From IMG/VR virus record IMGVR_UViG_3300021431_003088: DNA of 56,778 nt, one strand, 5' to 3'. Position numbers and translations under genes: made by a program. This document shows, one piece after another, positions 1 to 9,790 of this stretch (positions are counted from its first letter, which is position 1; every line of letters begins with the position of its first letter). Origin of the DNA: a virus. Lineage: Duplodnaviria > Heunggongvirae > Uroviricota > Caudoviricetes. Below the pieces are notes generated by a model. The model had not been told where the DNA came from. It was given only the letters and a program-made list of their open reading frames with translations, and made no database searches.

Positions 1-340
1 CTATGGGTTCGGCTGACTTCTCACAGTTCGTTGTTACTAGGCTAATGAAACCTCTGTGAGACCTCCACGCTTAAGGTGCACGCTCTTTCTCTCCATATAT
101 CCGCCACATTTACTCTGCTACTACAAATGTGATAGTTATTAGACTTCGTTGCTTTAGGCCAACTTATCTCTCGTAGCCTAGCCTTATATGTGATTCCTGT
201 CCGTCGGACCAGAGATTTGCTTACAGCTTCCTTCAGATTCCACCTCACGATGGACACCCTTGCTGTTCAGCTATACACTTCCCACTATCTGGGCGTGTTC
301 GGGACTTGCACCCGTTAGAGCGCGCCCATGGCGCGCAAAC
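1..340 (-). mobile_element. Group II intron, class C (IIC), 5' portion (continues off the left edge; RT/maturase ORF outside window)
   Basis: Minus strand from 340 reads GTTTGCGCGCCATGGGCGCG-CTCTAACGGGTGCAAGTCCCGAAC...GCAAGGGTGTCC...GGAATCTGAAGGAAGC...CATATAAGGCTAGG. This matches the 5' end and domain I of class C introns such as B.h.I1/O.i.I1, and it starts right after an intrinsic terminator. Confidence 0.9.
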
Positions 341-342
341 CT

Positions 343-368
343 AAAAAAGAGCCGAATTAATCGGCTCT
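343..368 (-). terminator. Intrinsic terminator of pcfK-pcfJ operon (intron insertion target)
   Basis: AGAGCCGA-TTAAT-TCGGCTCT stem followed by a T-run on the minus strand. Confidence 0.85.
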
Positions 369-373
369 CTTCA

Positions 374-2233
374 CTATGCGTGGAGCTTTTCCTTTTTGAA
401 CAACTCTACTGCTGATAATACGTTATCATCTGGTGTAGAGTTATTCACGGCTCTTACTTGGATTACTTTATTATCCTTTACCTCCATAGTCACAAACGGA
501 TTAGACTTGTTTGCTTTCTGTCGTATAAAGATAATGTTAGTATCTCCATCCGCATATTTTTCGGAGTAACAATTATACACGCAATGGTGTAACTTTTGCG
601 ACTCCTCTTTTAATTCGTCAAGGCTTTTTGGTGGTACAAATGTATAGTCATCTGTGCTAAACACAAAGTCCTTTAGTTCACTTGCCCTTTCCTTAACCCT
701 TTTTTCTAGAATCTCGTTCTTTTGCAACTTATATGCCTCATTCATTTTGTCGTGTGCTTCTACGAGATTTGCTGGGTATTTGTATCGCTTTCTAGGAAGC
801 CCCAGCTTCTTCACGGTATTCATATAATCGAAGTAATACCTCGAATTTATATACATATTTGGATGTTCTTTGCTTGCCCTTTCAATGATTGATGCTATTC
901 TCTTTAAGACATCTATTTTTAAAGGTAGCGCATCCTCTATGTTTTCAAGATAATAGGTCGCTATTATCTCTGCCTTTTCGGGTTCGAGGTTTATCTCGCC
1001 TGCCTTCGCATAGACTTGTAAAAGCCTAATTACTTTCTTATAAGATTTCTCTTCCCTTAAGGGCTTTAAATATCGTTTCTCTATTCTGAGAAATTCATGT
1101 ACCGTGGTGCCTTCCTCATTTATACAGCTTGTTGCCTTATAATAAAAGGAATTTAATGGCGTGTCAAGAAATGCTTGAACCAAAGCACTTAACTTTGCCT
1201 TAGCTACAAGTTCAAACTGCGGGTATCTGTTTATTAAAAATAGATACTTGGCAAAATCGTAACCATTTTTCTTAAAAACCTCCTTTAAGTTTTCACACCC
1301 TTTGTTTTCATAAGGGGTGTTTTTTATAACAGAATTTATGTTTCTCGTATACATACCCGCTTCATTTTTGAAACAAAAGTAGTTAGTTGTAATGTCCCAC
1401 CACTTTTCCTTATTATAAAGATATGTATAGTTTTTTATCTTTCCGTGAAAATCTATTACATCACGAGAAAACTCATAGATAATTTTCTTTATCTGCCCCT
1501 TTTCTAGATACTCGTATGTTACATCAAAGTATCTTATACAAATCCCGTCTTTTAGTCTGTTTGATAGGATTGCTGTCCTATTAAATCTAGGAAACTTGAT
1601 TTTTTCCGAACGGAATTTTATCTTTTTTCCACAAATAGGACATTTTCCCATCTCGTTAGACTTGAACTTTTTAAATTCTGACTCTTTAAGTTCCTTGTTA
1701 CAGCAACTCACGAAAACCGTTTTCTTTTCTCTATTAAAGAAACCAAAACGCTCATACATTAAGTCATTATCTAAAAAGTCTTGAAAACTTCTAGGAATAG
1801 GTTTTATTTGAGAAAAGGTTTCGTTTATTTTCTCTTCCCTTCTCTTTTTTGCCTTTTCCCTCTTTTTTTTATTTACTACTGAGGGGACCTCTAGGAGAAA
1901 ATCACTATTTCTCGTAGAAAAATAACCTACGCCATTCTCCTTGAGCCATTCTTGGATAACCATTTTATCCTTTTCAAGGATTTTTACATCGCACCAGTAG
2001 TTTATGTAATTGGAGAGACCAGATGGCTTTATTCCTCCTTCTGTTTCTGTCACCATCTTCTCCCCGTTATTAAGATGGCGTATTTTTAATTCACCATCTT
2101 TATAGAGATTAAGGAGAATGGATTTATCAATCCTTCTTGCTGTTACGAAGTATTTGTTTGGGTCCACTTCGCAAATGGCTTTTCCTATCTCACCTAGCTC
2201 ATCTTTTGCTAGGTTTTTCATTGTTTTTTTCAT
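374..2233 (-). CDS. pcfJ: PcfJ-domain protein
   Basis: Start moved from 2260 to ATG 2233 (RBS AAAGGAG). N-terminal Cys pairs (CC...CPICG); C-terminal PcfJ-like segment 'YFDYMNT...YPANLVEAHD...PKSLDELKEESQKLHHCV...PFVTMEV...IQVRA'; adjacent to a PcfK-like gene. Confidence 0.85.
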   Translation of the reverse strand: MKKTMKNLAKDELGEIGKAICEVDPNKYFVTARRIDKSILLNLYKDGELKIRHLNNGEKMVTETEGGIKPSGLSNYINYWCDVKILEKDKMVIQEWLKENGVGYFSTRNSDFLLEVPSVVNKKKREKAKKRREEKINETFSQIKPIPRSFQDFLDNDLMYERFGFFNREKKTVFVSCCNKELKESEFKKFKSNEMGKCPICGKKIKFRSEKIKFPRFNRTAILSNRLKDGICIRYFDVTYEYLEKGQIKKIIYEFSRDVIDFHGKIKNYTYLYNKEKWWDITTNYFCFKNEAGMYTRNINSVIKNTPYENKGCENLKEVFKKNGYDFAKYLFLINRYPQFELVAKAKLSALVQAFLDTPLNSFYYKATSCINEEGTTVHEFLRIEKRYLKPLREEKSYKKVIRLLQVYAKAGEINLEPEKAEIIATYYLENIEDALPLKIDVLKRIASIIERASKEHPNMYINSRYYFDYMNTVKKLGLPRKRYKYPANLVEAHDKMNEAYKLQKNEILEKRVKERASELKDFVFSTDDYTFVPPKSLDELKEESQKLHHCVYNCYSEKYADGDTNIIFIRQKANKSNPFVTMEVKDNKVIQVRAVNNSTPDDNVLSAVELFKKEKLHA

Positions 2234-2296
2234 AAACAGCTCCTTTCTGCTTAAAAACAAGGTGCGCTCTAGTAAATACTAGAACACACCATTTAT

Positions 2297-3220
2297 TTAA
2301 CCCATAATTGCATCTGTCATTGACATTTGTTGAAACTCTTTTGTTTCTGGAAGTTCTGCTTCCTGTCTTATCCTTTCAACATTTGCCATTGCTTCTGCAT
2401 TTGAGGCAATATTTTCTCTTGCCTTTGCTTCTGGAGAGAGTTGAACTGGAGAGGGTTGAACAGGCTCACTCTTTTTTTTCTTTTTTGAGGCCTTTATCTC
2501 TTTTATTTTTGCTTTGATAAGTTTCTCCTTTTCCTTATCGTCAGCATTATTAAAAGATGCCTCGTTCTCTAGAGCCTTAATTGCCTCCTCCCGTTCTGCT
2601 TTGGCTTTAGCCTCTCTTTTCTCCTTAGCCTTTGCAGATTTCTCTGCTTTGGCCACAAGCTCATTTACTTTCTTATTCAGAAGTTTTTTCTTTTCCTCCT
2701 CTGTGGAGTTTTGATATGCTTCATCCTTTGAAAGTAGTGCTTCTGCTTCTGCCTTTGCCTTGGCTTTTCTTTCTGCCTTTGCCTTTGCTTCAGCTTCTGC
2801 TTTCGCCTTTGCTTCAGCTTCCTTACGGCGTTGTTCGTATACTTCTTCTTTATCATCTAAGAAGTAGTATTCGTTCACCCAATCGTAAACACAATGGTCA
2901 GCAACCATTGCCATTCCGTCAAAGGCTATCTCTTTTGCTCTATTTCTTACGAATTTGAGCATTCGAGGTGCTGACTTCCAATCAGCCATTACCTGACGAT
3001 TAAAGTCAGGGTTTCTCTTACACTCCTCTCTTACATAAACAGCATAAGAGTTCGCAATCGCAACCACATTCTTTTCTTTTGCGGATGCAATTCTTTCAGC
3101 TTGTTCAGCCTCCTCTTTGCCTTTTTCCTTTAGGCTTTTTTCAAGGTCTTCCTTAATTCTCTTTCTATCGTTTTCAAGTAGACCTCCCATTTGTTTTACG
3201 AATACTTCATATCCGTTCAT
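2297..3220 (-). CDS. PcfK-like / AcrIIA9-family protein with long Lys/Glu/Ala-rich C-terminal extension
   Basis: 'YVREECKRNPDFNRQVM...KFVRNRAKE...MVADHCVYDWVNEYY' resembles the PcfK/AcrIIA9 core; upstream of pcfJ as usual; AEAKAK repeats. Confidence 0.7.
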   Translation of the reverse strand: MNGYEVFVKQMGGLLENDRKRIKEDLEKSLKEKGKEEAEQAERIASAKEKNVVAIANSYAVYVREECKRNPDFNRQVMADWKSAPRMLKFVRNRAKEIAFDGMAMVADHCVYDWVNEYYFLDDKEEVYEQRRKEAEAKAKAEAEAKAKAERKAKAKAEAEALLSKDEAYQNSTEEEKKKLLNKKVNELVAKAEKSAKAKEKREAKAKAEREEAIKALENEASFNNADDKEKEKLIKAKIKEIKASKKKKKSEPVQPSPVQLSPEAKARENIASNAEAMANVERIRQEAELPETKEFQQMSMTDAIMG

Positions 3221-3361
3221 TCTAATACCTCCTTACATTAAAAAGGCTCCTTTATTTTTTAGGAGCTTACAATAACATCATATTTATATAAGTGTAAAAA
3301 AAGAAAGCGCCAAAAAATGCGCTTTCTTATACCCTATGGAAGAGCTTTTTTCTCCCTGTAA

Positions 3362-3964
3362 TTAGCAATAAAACGACCTTGCTTGGTTGTTTACTGCGTT
3401 GATAATTGCCTCCTTACTTGCTTTGACATACTCTCTTACCTTGTTTCCGTACACTTTGTGTGCAAAGTTTGGTAATTTTGAGTATCTTTCGAAGATTTGA
3501 GTCATTACATACTCTTCACTTCTATCGTCGCTACCGTAGTTCCAATTATCGTAATATTCCCATCCTTTTTCTGTCACTTCTTTTATTTCAAAGTGGCAGG
3601 TTCCGTCGTGATGGGAACAGGTTAGGTGTAGGTGTCCGTTCACATCATAGATTTTGATATATCTACAATCTTTCGTGGCACTCTCGAATAACTTCCAGAA
3701 GTCCTTGTCTATCTTTCCGCCTCTGTAAACGCCATTCCACCTGCCTATCTCTCCGAAGAAAGCTATGTGTTTTACGCCAGCAAAAAACTTGTCTAGTTCT
3801 TCTTTTGCAATTTCCCACATTTCTTCTTCTACACGGTTCATTGCTTCGAAATATTCTTCTTCGGTATAATTTCCTTCATAATATTCCTCGCAATACCCCC
3901 TTGCGTCTTCTTCAAGTTCGTAATTTTGGAAAATTACTCTTTCCTTTGGTATAGTTGTACTCAT
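3362..3964 (-). CDS. Hypothetical protein (acidic, aromatic-rich)
   Basis: ORF with RBS AAGGAGGTG before ATG 3964. Confidence 0.75.
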   Translation of the reverse strand: MSTTIPKERVIFQNYELEEDARGYCEEYYEGNYTEEEYFEAMNRVEEEMWEIAKEELDKFFAGVKHIAFFGEIGRWNGVYRGGKIDKDFWKLFESATKDCRYIKIYDVNGHLHLTCSHHDGTCHFEIKEVTEKGWEYYDNWNYGSDDRSEEYVMTQIFERYSKLPNFAHKVYGNKVREYVKASKEAIINAVNNQARSFYC

Positions 3965-3965
3965 T

Positions 3966-4451
3966 TTACACCTCCTTATCTGATAACAATTCATATACCT
4001 GATTTAACAGAGCCGGGATTAACTCTTTGTTAATTCGCTCATACTCAGTATCGTTATGTATCAGTTCTTTACAAGGATTTGTCGTGTAATGAGAACCGCC
4101 TCTATACAGGAAGTCTGAATACTCCCTTAAAGTGTATAAAGACTTCATGCATTCTATGAGAGTCCACAGCTCCTTATCAGAAACAACTGTTTCATCAAAG
4201 AACTCCTTAAAAGCATCATAACCATTGCCCTCATCAAAGAACATACAAAAATGGCTATGCGAGTCAATATCGACTGCTAGGTGTGGGTTTTCGTTATTGG
4301 TAAAGGTTTCCACATAACCTAATCCCCAATACCATTCGCACTCCCACTTTGCCTCTTCAAGCCAGTAGTAAGTTCCGTCCTTTTGTCCGAGAAGATATTG
4401 TTTCTTCCCGAAAGCCTTATCGACTTTCTTTTTCATGATATTAAAACTCAT
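3966..4451 (-). CDS. Hypothetical protein
   Basis: ORF with RBS GAAAGGAG; abuts the downstream gene. Confidence 0.75.
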   Translation of the reverse strand: MSFNIMKKKVDKAFGKKQYLLGQKDGTYYWLEEAKWECEWYWGLGYVETFTNNENPHLAVDIDSHSHFCMFFDEGNGYDAFKEFFDETVVSDKELWTLIECMKSLYTLREYSDFLYRGGSHYTTNPCKELIHNDTEYERINKELIPALLNQVYELLSDKEV

Positions 4452-4475
4452 AACAAATCTCCTTTCTTTGCTACC

Positions 4476-4814
4476 CTAATAACTAATCTCAAAGTTATCT
4501 GCGTGACATTCTGCATAGTCAGCAATAACCTTGATGTCGTATGCCCTTTCAATATGAACGAGTATACGACTAATATCCCAGCCTTTAGAAAAACTTACAT
4601 TCTTTATGATGTTTTCCACTTCTGTCGCTGGTTTATTCGCCTCTAATATGGCATCAATTTCTCCTGATACCATATTTCTAAGGACAATTATGTTTTCTTT
4701 AGGTTTTATTTTTTCACCTAAGCGAACCGCCCTCACAGCGTTTGATGAGTCGCTTGAACTCACCTCGCTCTTACAGATAGCGTTGTGGCTACCTTCGTCT
4801 ATTTTTAATCCCAT
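4476..4814 (-). CDS. Hypothetical protein
   Basis: RBS AGGAGGAG before ATG 4814; first gene after the core promoter motif at 4877. Confidence 0.7.
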   Translation of the reverse strand: MGLKIDEGSHNAICKSEVSSSDSSNAVRAVRLGEKIKPKENIIVLRNMVSGEIDAILEANKPATEVENIIKNVSFSKGWDISRILVHIERAYDIKVIADYAECHADNFEISY

Positions 4815-4945
4815 AGACCGCTCTCCTCCTTTCTTTAGGAAATACATTTTTAATGTATTTATCAATACTTCTTTTATATATAAGTTGAATTTATAAATTG
4901 TGTTACAAAAAAAATCCCATCGTTCTACAGAAGCAATGGGAAAAT

Positions 4946-5070
4946 AAAAAAACTCCCTGAGAATAATCGGGAGTTTGCGATGACATTTCTAACCTTTGGA
5001 CGGTTAGTATTCACACGAAATGTTTCCATTCCGTAGCCATCATACACAGTTTGTTAAGCAAACTACTCTT
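4946..5070 (-). ncRNA. Candidate small structured RNA or leader (three-way junction plus terminator)
   Basis: Stems GAUGGC/GUCAUC, ACGGAAUG-GAAA-CAUUUCGU and CUAACC/GGUUAG, then terminator AAACUCCC/GGGAGUUU-U-run; core promoter motif at 5078-5086; no ORF. Confidence 0.45.
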
Positions 5071-5172
5071 AATATGTTATAAGTGGAATTTTTTAGAATG
5101 TAAAAAAACGCCACTTAATGTGGCGCTAAAATTTTCTAGTAATATATATTTCTATATTCTTCCCTTGGATAT

Positions 5173-5457
5173 TTATCTTGCATAGCTTTTCTCCCTTATA
5201 TTATTTTCTATATGTATCTTTGTTTTTATCCGTATCTCCTCTAATTCTTCTATATTATATGATTCAAATATCTGCCAAATATCATACAGAAGCGTTTCTT
5301 CTTTTAAGCCTTTTGATATTTTGATTAGTGTTTTTGCATTTATATTCTTTAAAAATTCAAGTATATTCTTCTCCCTATATGGCATATTTATAGAGAGAAG
5401 ATAATATCTTGAAAAACATATAAGTGCTTCTTCTAATCGCTTTACTTGCGGTACCAT
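5173..5457 (-). CDS. Hypothetical protein (very AT-rich)
   Basis: ORF overlapping the stop of the upstream gene; last gene of the virB4 operon. Confidence 0.55.
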   Translation of the reverse strand: MVPQVKRLEEALICFSRYYLLSINMPYREKNILEFLKNINAKTLIKISKGLKEETLLYDIWQIFESYNIEELEEIRIKTKIHIENNIREKSYAR

Positions 5458-6083
5458 AGCTTTTCGCCCGTTTTCTTATCTACGACAGCTTTTACTTCAA
5501 TATCTTCTATGTCCCCGTTACTCTTTACTGCCACTACTTTCTCTAGCCCCTCAATATCTGAAAGACCATTCTTTAATTGCTCTGCATCGTCTAGCATCAC
5601 GATCCTATGTAGTTCTTCTCGCTCTTTCGCTGGTAAATATCTTTCCTTCATGTGTAGTAAACTCGGCACTGCGAACTCATCACCTACAGCAATTCTTACT
5701 ACATCATATATCTCTTTCTTTACCTCAAAGGACATTATTACTGACTCGTCACTTCCTACTGTGAAGTTACCTATATCTAGCACATCTCTTAGGGCTAAAT
5801 ACAAGTAAAATGCCTTTTGGTAGCCGAGTCTTGTGTTTGTTTTCTTATCTATGTGTATGTCTGCTACATACTCAATAGGCTCTTTATGTTCGTTGCGCTG
5901 GAAAATGGCTATATCTCCCGACTTGACTAGCGCCGATAACACTTTGTTTGTCTTATTAATCTGTCCGTGGTTATACTCTATCAACTGGTCCCGGGTTAGG
6001 AATATAAATTCCTTTACCATTTTCTTTATTTCTCGCTTGTCCCTCTCGAACTGCTCTTCCTCTATAGTTAGTTTCTTATTCAT
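5442..6083 (-). CDS. DUF5697-like protein (N-terminal winged helix), T4SS-cluster associated
   Basis: 'LTRDQL...VLSALVKSGDI...KAFYLYL...EIYDVV...HRIVMLDDAEQL' recalls DUF5697 proteins found next to VirB4 in clostridial elements. Confidence 0.55.
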   Translation of the reverse strand: MNKKLTIEEEQFERDKREIKKMVKEFIFLTRDQLIEYNHGQINKTNKVLSALVKSGDIAIFQRNEHKEPIEYVADIHIDKKTNTRLGYQKAFYLYLALRDVLDIGNFTVGSDESVIMSFEVKKEIYDVVRIAVGDEFAVPSLLHMKERYLPAKEREELHRIVMLDDAEQLKNGLSDIEGLEKVVAVKSNGDIEDIEVKAVVDKKTGEKLWYRK

Positions 6084-8769
6084 TTGCTAATCCTTTCTTT
6101 TTCTCCTGTATATATTTTTCTAATTCTTGTCTATCCGTTGTTATTAGACTGTTTTCTAATTCAGAGGACATAAATTGAATTGGCACATTGTTATTATTCG
6201 TTGATAACAAGCCATGTCCTCTCTCAAACTTCACTATCTTATTGTATTCTTCGTCTGATAAGTCTAATAGTTCTTGTACTGCTTTCGCTTCCTTATTTTC
6301 TAGCTTTAATACTAGCTTAGTCTTTGAGTTATTGATAATTCCTTTTCCGTACTTACCATTTTCAAACGCAAAGAAGTCGTTCACATCTTGTGTCGCACAA
6401 ATAGCTGAACCACCATATCCTCTTATTATCTTAAAGATTGTGAGGACATACTCTGCCGCTTTTGCGTTACAAGATATTAATTTCCACGCTTCATCTATTA
6501 CAATCGCTTTTCGCTTTGTTCTATTCTCCTTCGATTTTGAAAATACATAGTCTATCGCTATATACATTCCTACAGGAAGAAGTGGTGAACCGTCTAGTGA
6601 TGATATGTCTATTACGGTGTATAGATTATCTAAGTTCACATTTGTCCTTTGGTTGAAGGACGAAGCTGAACCATTTACTAATCTATTCATTATGTTTGCT
6701 AGTCGTACTGAGCGTTCATTTTTTAACAGCTCTTCATATACATCACCTAGAATTGGCATTTTTCGATATTTTGTTTTGTCTTTCGGATCAAAAAGTGAGT
6801 CATTATCGTGAGTTATGCCATAGTTATTATAGGTTTGAAGCAACGCTTCATCTAAAAGTTGTTCCTCTTCTGCATTCATGTCTGGAATAAGTAATTCGAA
6901 GAATATGTGAAGCGACTCTATCTTCTCCGCTAGGCGTGATAGGTTCTCGTCTAGGCTTCCGTCTAGTATCTTTGTTGCTTCGTCATCTACCTTTCTTATT
7001 TCCATTACATTAATACATTGCTTTGATGATGGTGAAATCCTAATGAACTCTCCACCAATGTTCTTACAAGCCCTTTCAAATTCATAGCCCTTATACGGTG
7101 CTATTACAAAGACTTGTATTCCCTTTCTTCTCATTCTTGTAGTTAGAAGCTGGGTTGTATATGTTTTTCCTGCTCCTGATGTTCCCAGGATTGAGATGTT
7201 TGCGTTCATGTAACGCTCTGAATTAAAGAAATCTGTGATAACTAAACTATTATTTAGTTCGTTAACACCTAACAGTACACCATCCTCGTCTGATAATTCA
7301 TATGATGTGAATGGGTACAGAGCTGCAAGGTCACTGGTTAAGATGTTCCTCTTTGCTCTAGCTTTTATATCTTTACTCATATATCCTATTGGGAGATATG
7401 AGAGTAAAGCCTCTTGTTGTATGTAATTACAGTTTTGCGTGAATACCTCTAGGCCTCGTAGGTATTGCTCAAATTCTGTACGCTTCCAATCTAATTCATC
7501 TATACTATTTGCTGATAAGGTAAACAAAATGCTTACATAGTAAAACTCGTCATTGTTTCGCATCATTCCGTTCTTTAAGTACAGTCCTGATGCCATTATA
7601 TCCTCTAAGTTGTCATACTCTGTTGTTGATTTATTTAAGTCCTGCGCTTTTGTATTGCTTATCCTTAGTTTTCTTCCTATTCTCGTTAATGTCTTTGATT
7701 TATTTTCTTTCTCTATATCTATCTTTACATCTATTCCCTCGCCTGCGTTTATGAATAGAGAAGTCCACCCAGCTCCTATCGCTGTTGGATAACCACTCGA
7801 TTTTATAAACATAAAGTCATAATATTTATTGTTTATCTTTGTGTAGTTGTGGTTTTTAAAGTTGATTCGCTCAGGTGCGAAATACTCTGTTATGTGTATG
7901 TTTTCTACACTGTCCTCTCCATAGGTCTCTTTATAATGCTCTACTACATTACTTACCTTGTATCCAAAATCACTTGCTGGATACTCTCTGTTTAGTATTT
8001 CAAAGAATATTTTTGCAGTTTCATTTGTTGCGTTCTCCCATACAATACACTTATTTCCGCACTGTTTTAGTCCGTTTATTACCTGTGTTTTATATAGTGT
8101 CATCTGTCTCTTTACTTCACTAAAATCGTTTGAGTCAGATGCTCTTGGCTTATAGTCTATGATTATGAAGAAACGCCTTGATATTGCCTCTCTACTTCCT
8201 ACACCAGTTAATAGTTCCTTATAGTCCTTTTGTAATTCCCTGCAGCTCTCGTTTGTTTCATTCTTCATTTCTTCATCTATTTTTTTTATGAAGCCTGATA
8301 GGTCTGTGCTTTTTGATAGTGAGAGTATCTGCAGATGATCTGGCGCTATCCTTAAGTATCTCTCAAAGGCATACACAATAGCTGATTGTTCATCTACTGA
8401 CTGCAGTAAGAAGTTTACCGGCATAACTTCCATTAGAAATACATAATTCCCGTTTTCCATTTTTATTATTCCGTCTTCTATCTTCTCGATTGGAATAAAA
8501 TCACTTGCTAGTGTCATTGGAAGTGGCGATTGCATTTCCGATTCTGTTAGCTTGGTTATGTCTTTCTTCTCTTTCTTTTCCTTGTTCTTCTTTCCTAGCT
8601 CTCCCTTTGCTATCATCTTTATTCGCTCTACACCTGTTGCTGATGTAAAGTCATTGTCGTTTGTAGCTACTTCTGTTTCATCTGCTTCGTGTAGGTTTGA
8701 GTCGATAGCTTTCTGTCTTTGTAATTCTATTTCTCTCTCTAGTTCTTTTTGGATGTTACTCTTTGCCAT
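6076..8769 (-). CDS. virB4: VirB4-like conjugation ATPase
   Basis: Walker A GTSGAGKT, Walker B IVIDEAW, 'IRGYGGSAICATQ'; 897 aa; downstream of prgI. Confidence 0.95.
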   Translation of the reverse strand: MAKSNIQKELEREIELQRQKAIDSNLHEADETEVATNDNDFTSATGVERIKMIAKGELGKKNKEKKEKKDITKLTESEMQSPLPMTLASDFIPIEKIEDGIIKMENGNYVFLMEVMPVNFLLQSVDEQSAIVYAFERYLRIAPDHLQILSLSKSTDLSGFIKKIDEEMKNETNESCRELQKDYKELLTGVGSREAISRRFFIIIDYKPRASDSNDFSEVKRQMTLYKTQVINGLKQCGNKCIVWENATNETAKIFFEILNREYPASDFGYKVSNVVEHYKETYGEDSVENIHITEYFAPERINFKNHNYTKINNKYYDFMFIKSSGYPTAIGAGWTSLFINAGEGIDVKIDIEKENKSKTLTRIGRKLRISNTKAQDLNKSTTEYDNLEDIMASGLYLKNGMMRNNDEFYYVSILFTLSANSIDELDWKRTEFEQYLRGLEVFTQNCNYIQQEALLSYLPIGYMSKDIKARAKRNILTSDLAALYPFTSYELSDEDGVLLGVNELNNSLVITDFFNSERYMNANISILGTSGAGKTYTTQLLTTRMRRKGIQVFVIAPYKGYEFERACKNIGGEFIRISPSSKQCINVMEIRKVDDEATKILDGSLDENLSRLAEKIESLHIFFELLIPDMNAEEEQLLDEALLQTYNNYGITHDNDSLFDPKDKTKYRKMPILGDVYEELLKNERSVRLANIMNRLVNGSASSFNQRTNVNLDNLYTVIDISSLDGSPLLPVGMYIAIDYVFSKSKENRTKRKAIVIDEAWKLISCNAKAAEYVLTIFKIIRGYGGSAICATQDVNDFFAFENGKYGKGIINNSKTKLVLKLENKEAKAVQELLDLSDEEYNKIVKFERGHGLLSTNNNNVPIQFMSSELENSLITTDRQELEKYIQEKKKGLANE

Positions 8770-9212
8770 TATTCTTCTTCCTTTTCTTCCTTATACTTTT
8801 TACTGAACATTCCGTTGTATCTATTTAGTTTCTTCTGTCGCTCTTCTTTCTTTTGCTCTTTCTCAATCGCTTTCTTTTGCTTTTGTCTTTTTTCTATTAG
8901 CATCTTCTCTCGCATGATCTTGTCTTTAGCGGATGGTTTCTTTAAGATTGCTCTACTCTGCTTGAATTTGAAAAACAAAGCTATGAACTCTACTAGCGAA
9001 AACCCATTTATCCCTATTATGCAGAATATAAATATTGGTAAGAATACTAAAATTGTTATGTATATGGTTGGCTTTAGGTCGAGCGGTACATATTTTATAA
9101 ATAGTATCGCTGCTACCAAGATTACAAACGCTTCGATGGCATTTCTCAACTTCACCTTCCCATATATCATTCCCTCTTGTGCAAAGTTCTGCGGTATGAA
9201 GTATTGCTTCAT
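8769..9212 (-). CDS. prgI: PrgI-family (VirB3-like) membrane protein
   Basis: Two TM segments, 'YFIPQNF...KLRNAIEA', basic tail; translationally coupled to virB4. Confidence 0.85.
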   Translation of the reverse strand: MKQYFIPQNFAQEGMIYGKVKLRNAIEAFVILVAAILFIKYVPLDLKPTIYITILVFLPIFIFCIIGINGFSLVEFIALFFKFKQSRAILKKPSAKDKIMREKMLIEKRQKQKKAIEKEQKKEERQKKLNRYNGMFSKKYKEEKEEE

Positions 9213-9790
9213 TTTCGTTCTCCTCTCTCTACTATCTTGAATATCTTTTTAATATCGTTTCTATCCCATAAAAGTACATTGTTCGCTTTTGCTAACTCTA
9301 CTGCGTTCTTTGAATAAAAACTATTCGTTACCACCATTGCTTGTGTGGCCTTATAATAAGGCATTGCCGCTACTATCTCCTGAACAGCACTGTTTCCTAC
9401 TTTATGCCCCGTATATCTCTTTGCCTGTACTATGATTGTTTCACCGCCTTTTCCTAGAACTAGGTCAGCCCCATAATCGTTACTTGGTGGTGTCAAGACT
9501 ACGTGATAGCCGTTTAGTTTGAAATACTCCGCTAGAAGTGCTTCGAACTCTATTCCGTCCATCTTATCTACCTTTCGCATATCGTATTTTAAGTATTTTT
9601 TGTTTTTATTCCTGTTTGCTGTGCGCCTTAGTATCTTTACCGATACTAGCGTTCCTAGAAGTATGGTTAATAGCCCCCAGCAAAATGTGATTGGTTCTGT
9701 TAATGCTATATCCTTTTTTATGATTACGTAGATTGTGCCTACTATTATTATTGACACTATCTCTATGTCGTTCTTTAATTTGTTTCTCAT
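9209..9790 (-). CDS. Membrane-anchored Mrr-like restriction endonuclease domain protein
   Basis: Two N-terminal TM helices, then 'DGIEFEALLAEYF...DYGADLV...IVQAKRY' (Mrr_cat D..Q-x-K motif). Confidence 0.85.
   Translation of the reverse strand: MRNKLKNDIEIVSIIIVGTIYVIIKKDIALTEPITFCWGLLTILLGTLVSVKILRRTANRNKNKKYLKYDMRKVDKMDGIEFEALLAEYFKLNGYHVVLTPPSNDYGADLVLGKGGETIIVQAKRYTGHKVGNSAVQEIVAAMPYYKATQAMVVTNSFYSKNAVELAKANNVLLWDRNDIKKIFKIVERGERK

Noticed and set aside
42-257. 71-aa ORF on the minus strand
   Set aside because: It lies inside group II intron RNA domains; there is no RBS or protein-like signature.
4979-5041. c-di-GMP-I/II riboswitch or hammerhead ribozyme
   Set aside because: The conserved ligand-binding or catalytic nucleotides are absent; kept only as an unassigned structured RNA.
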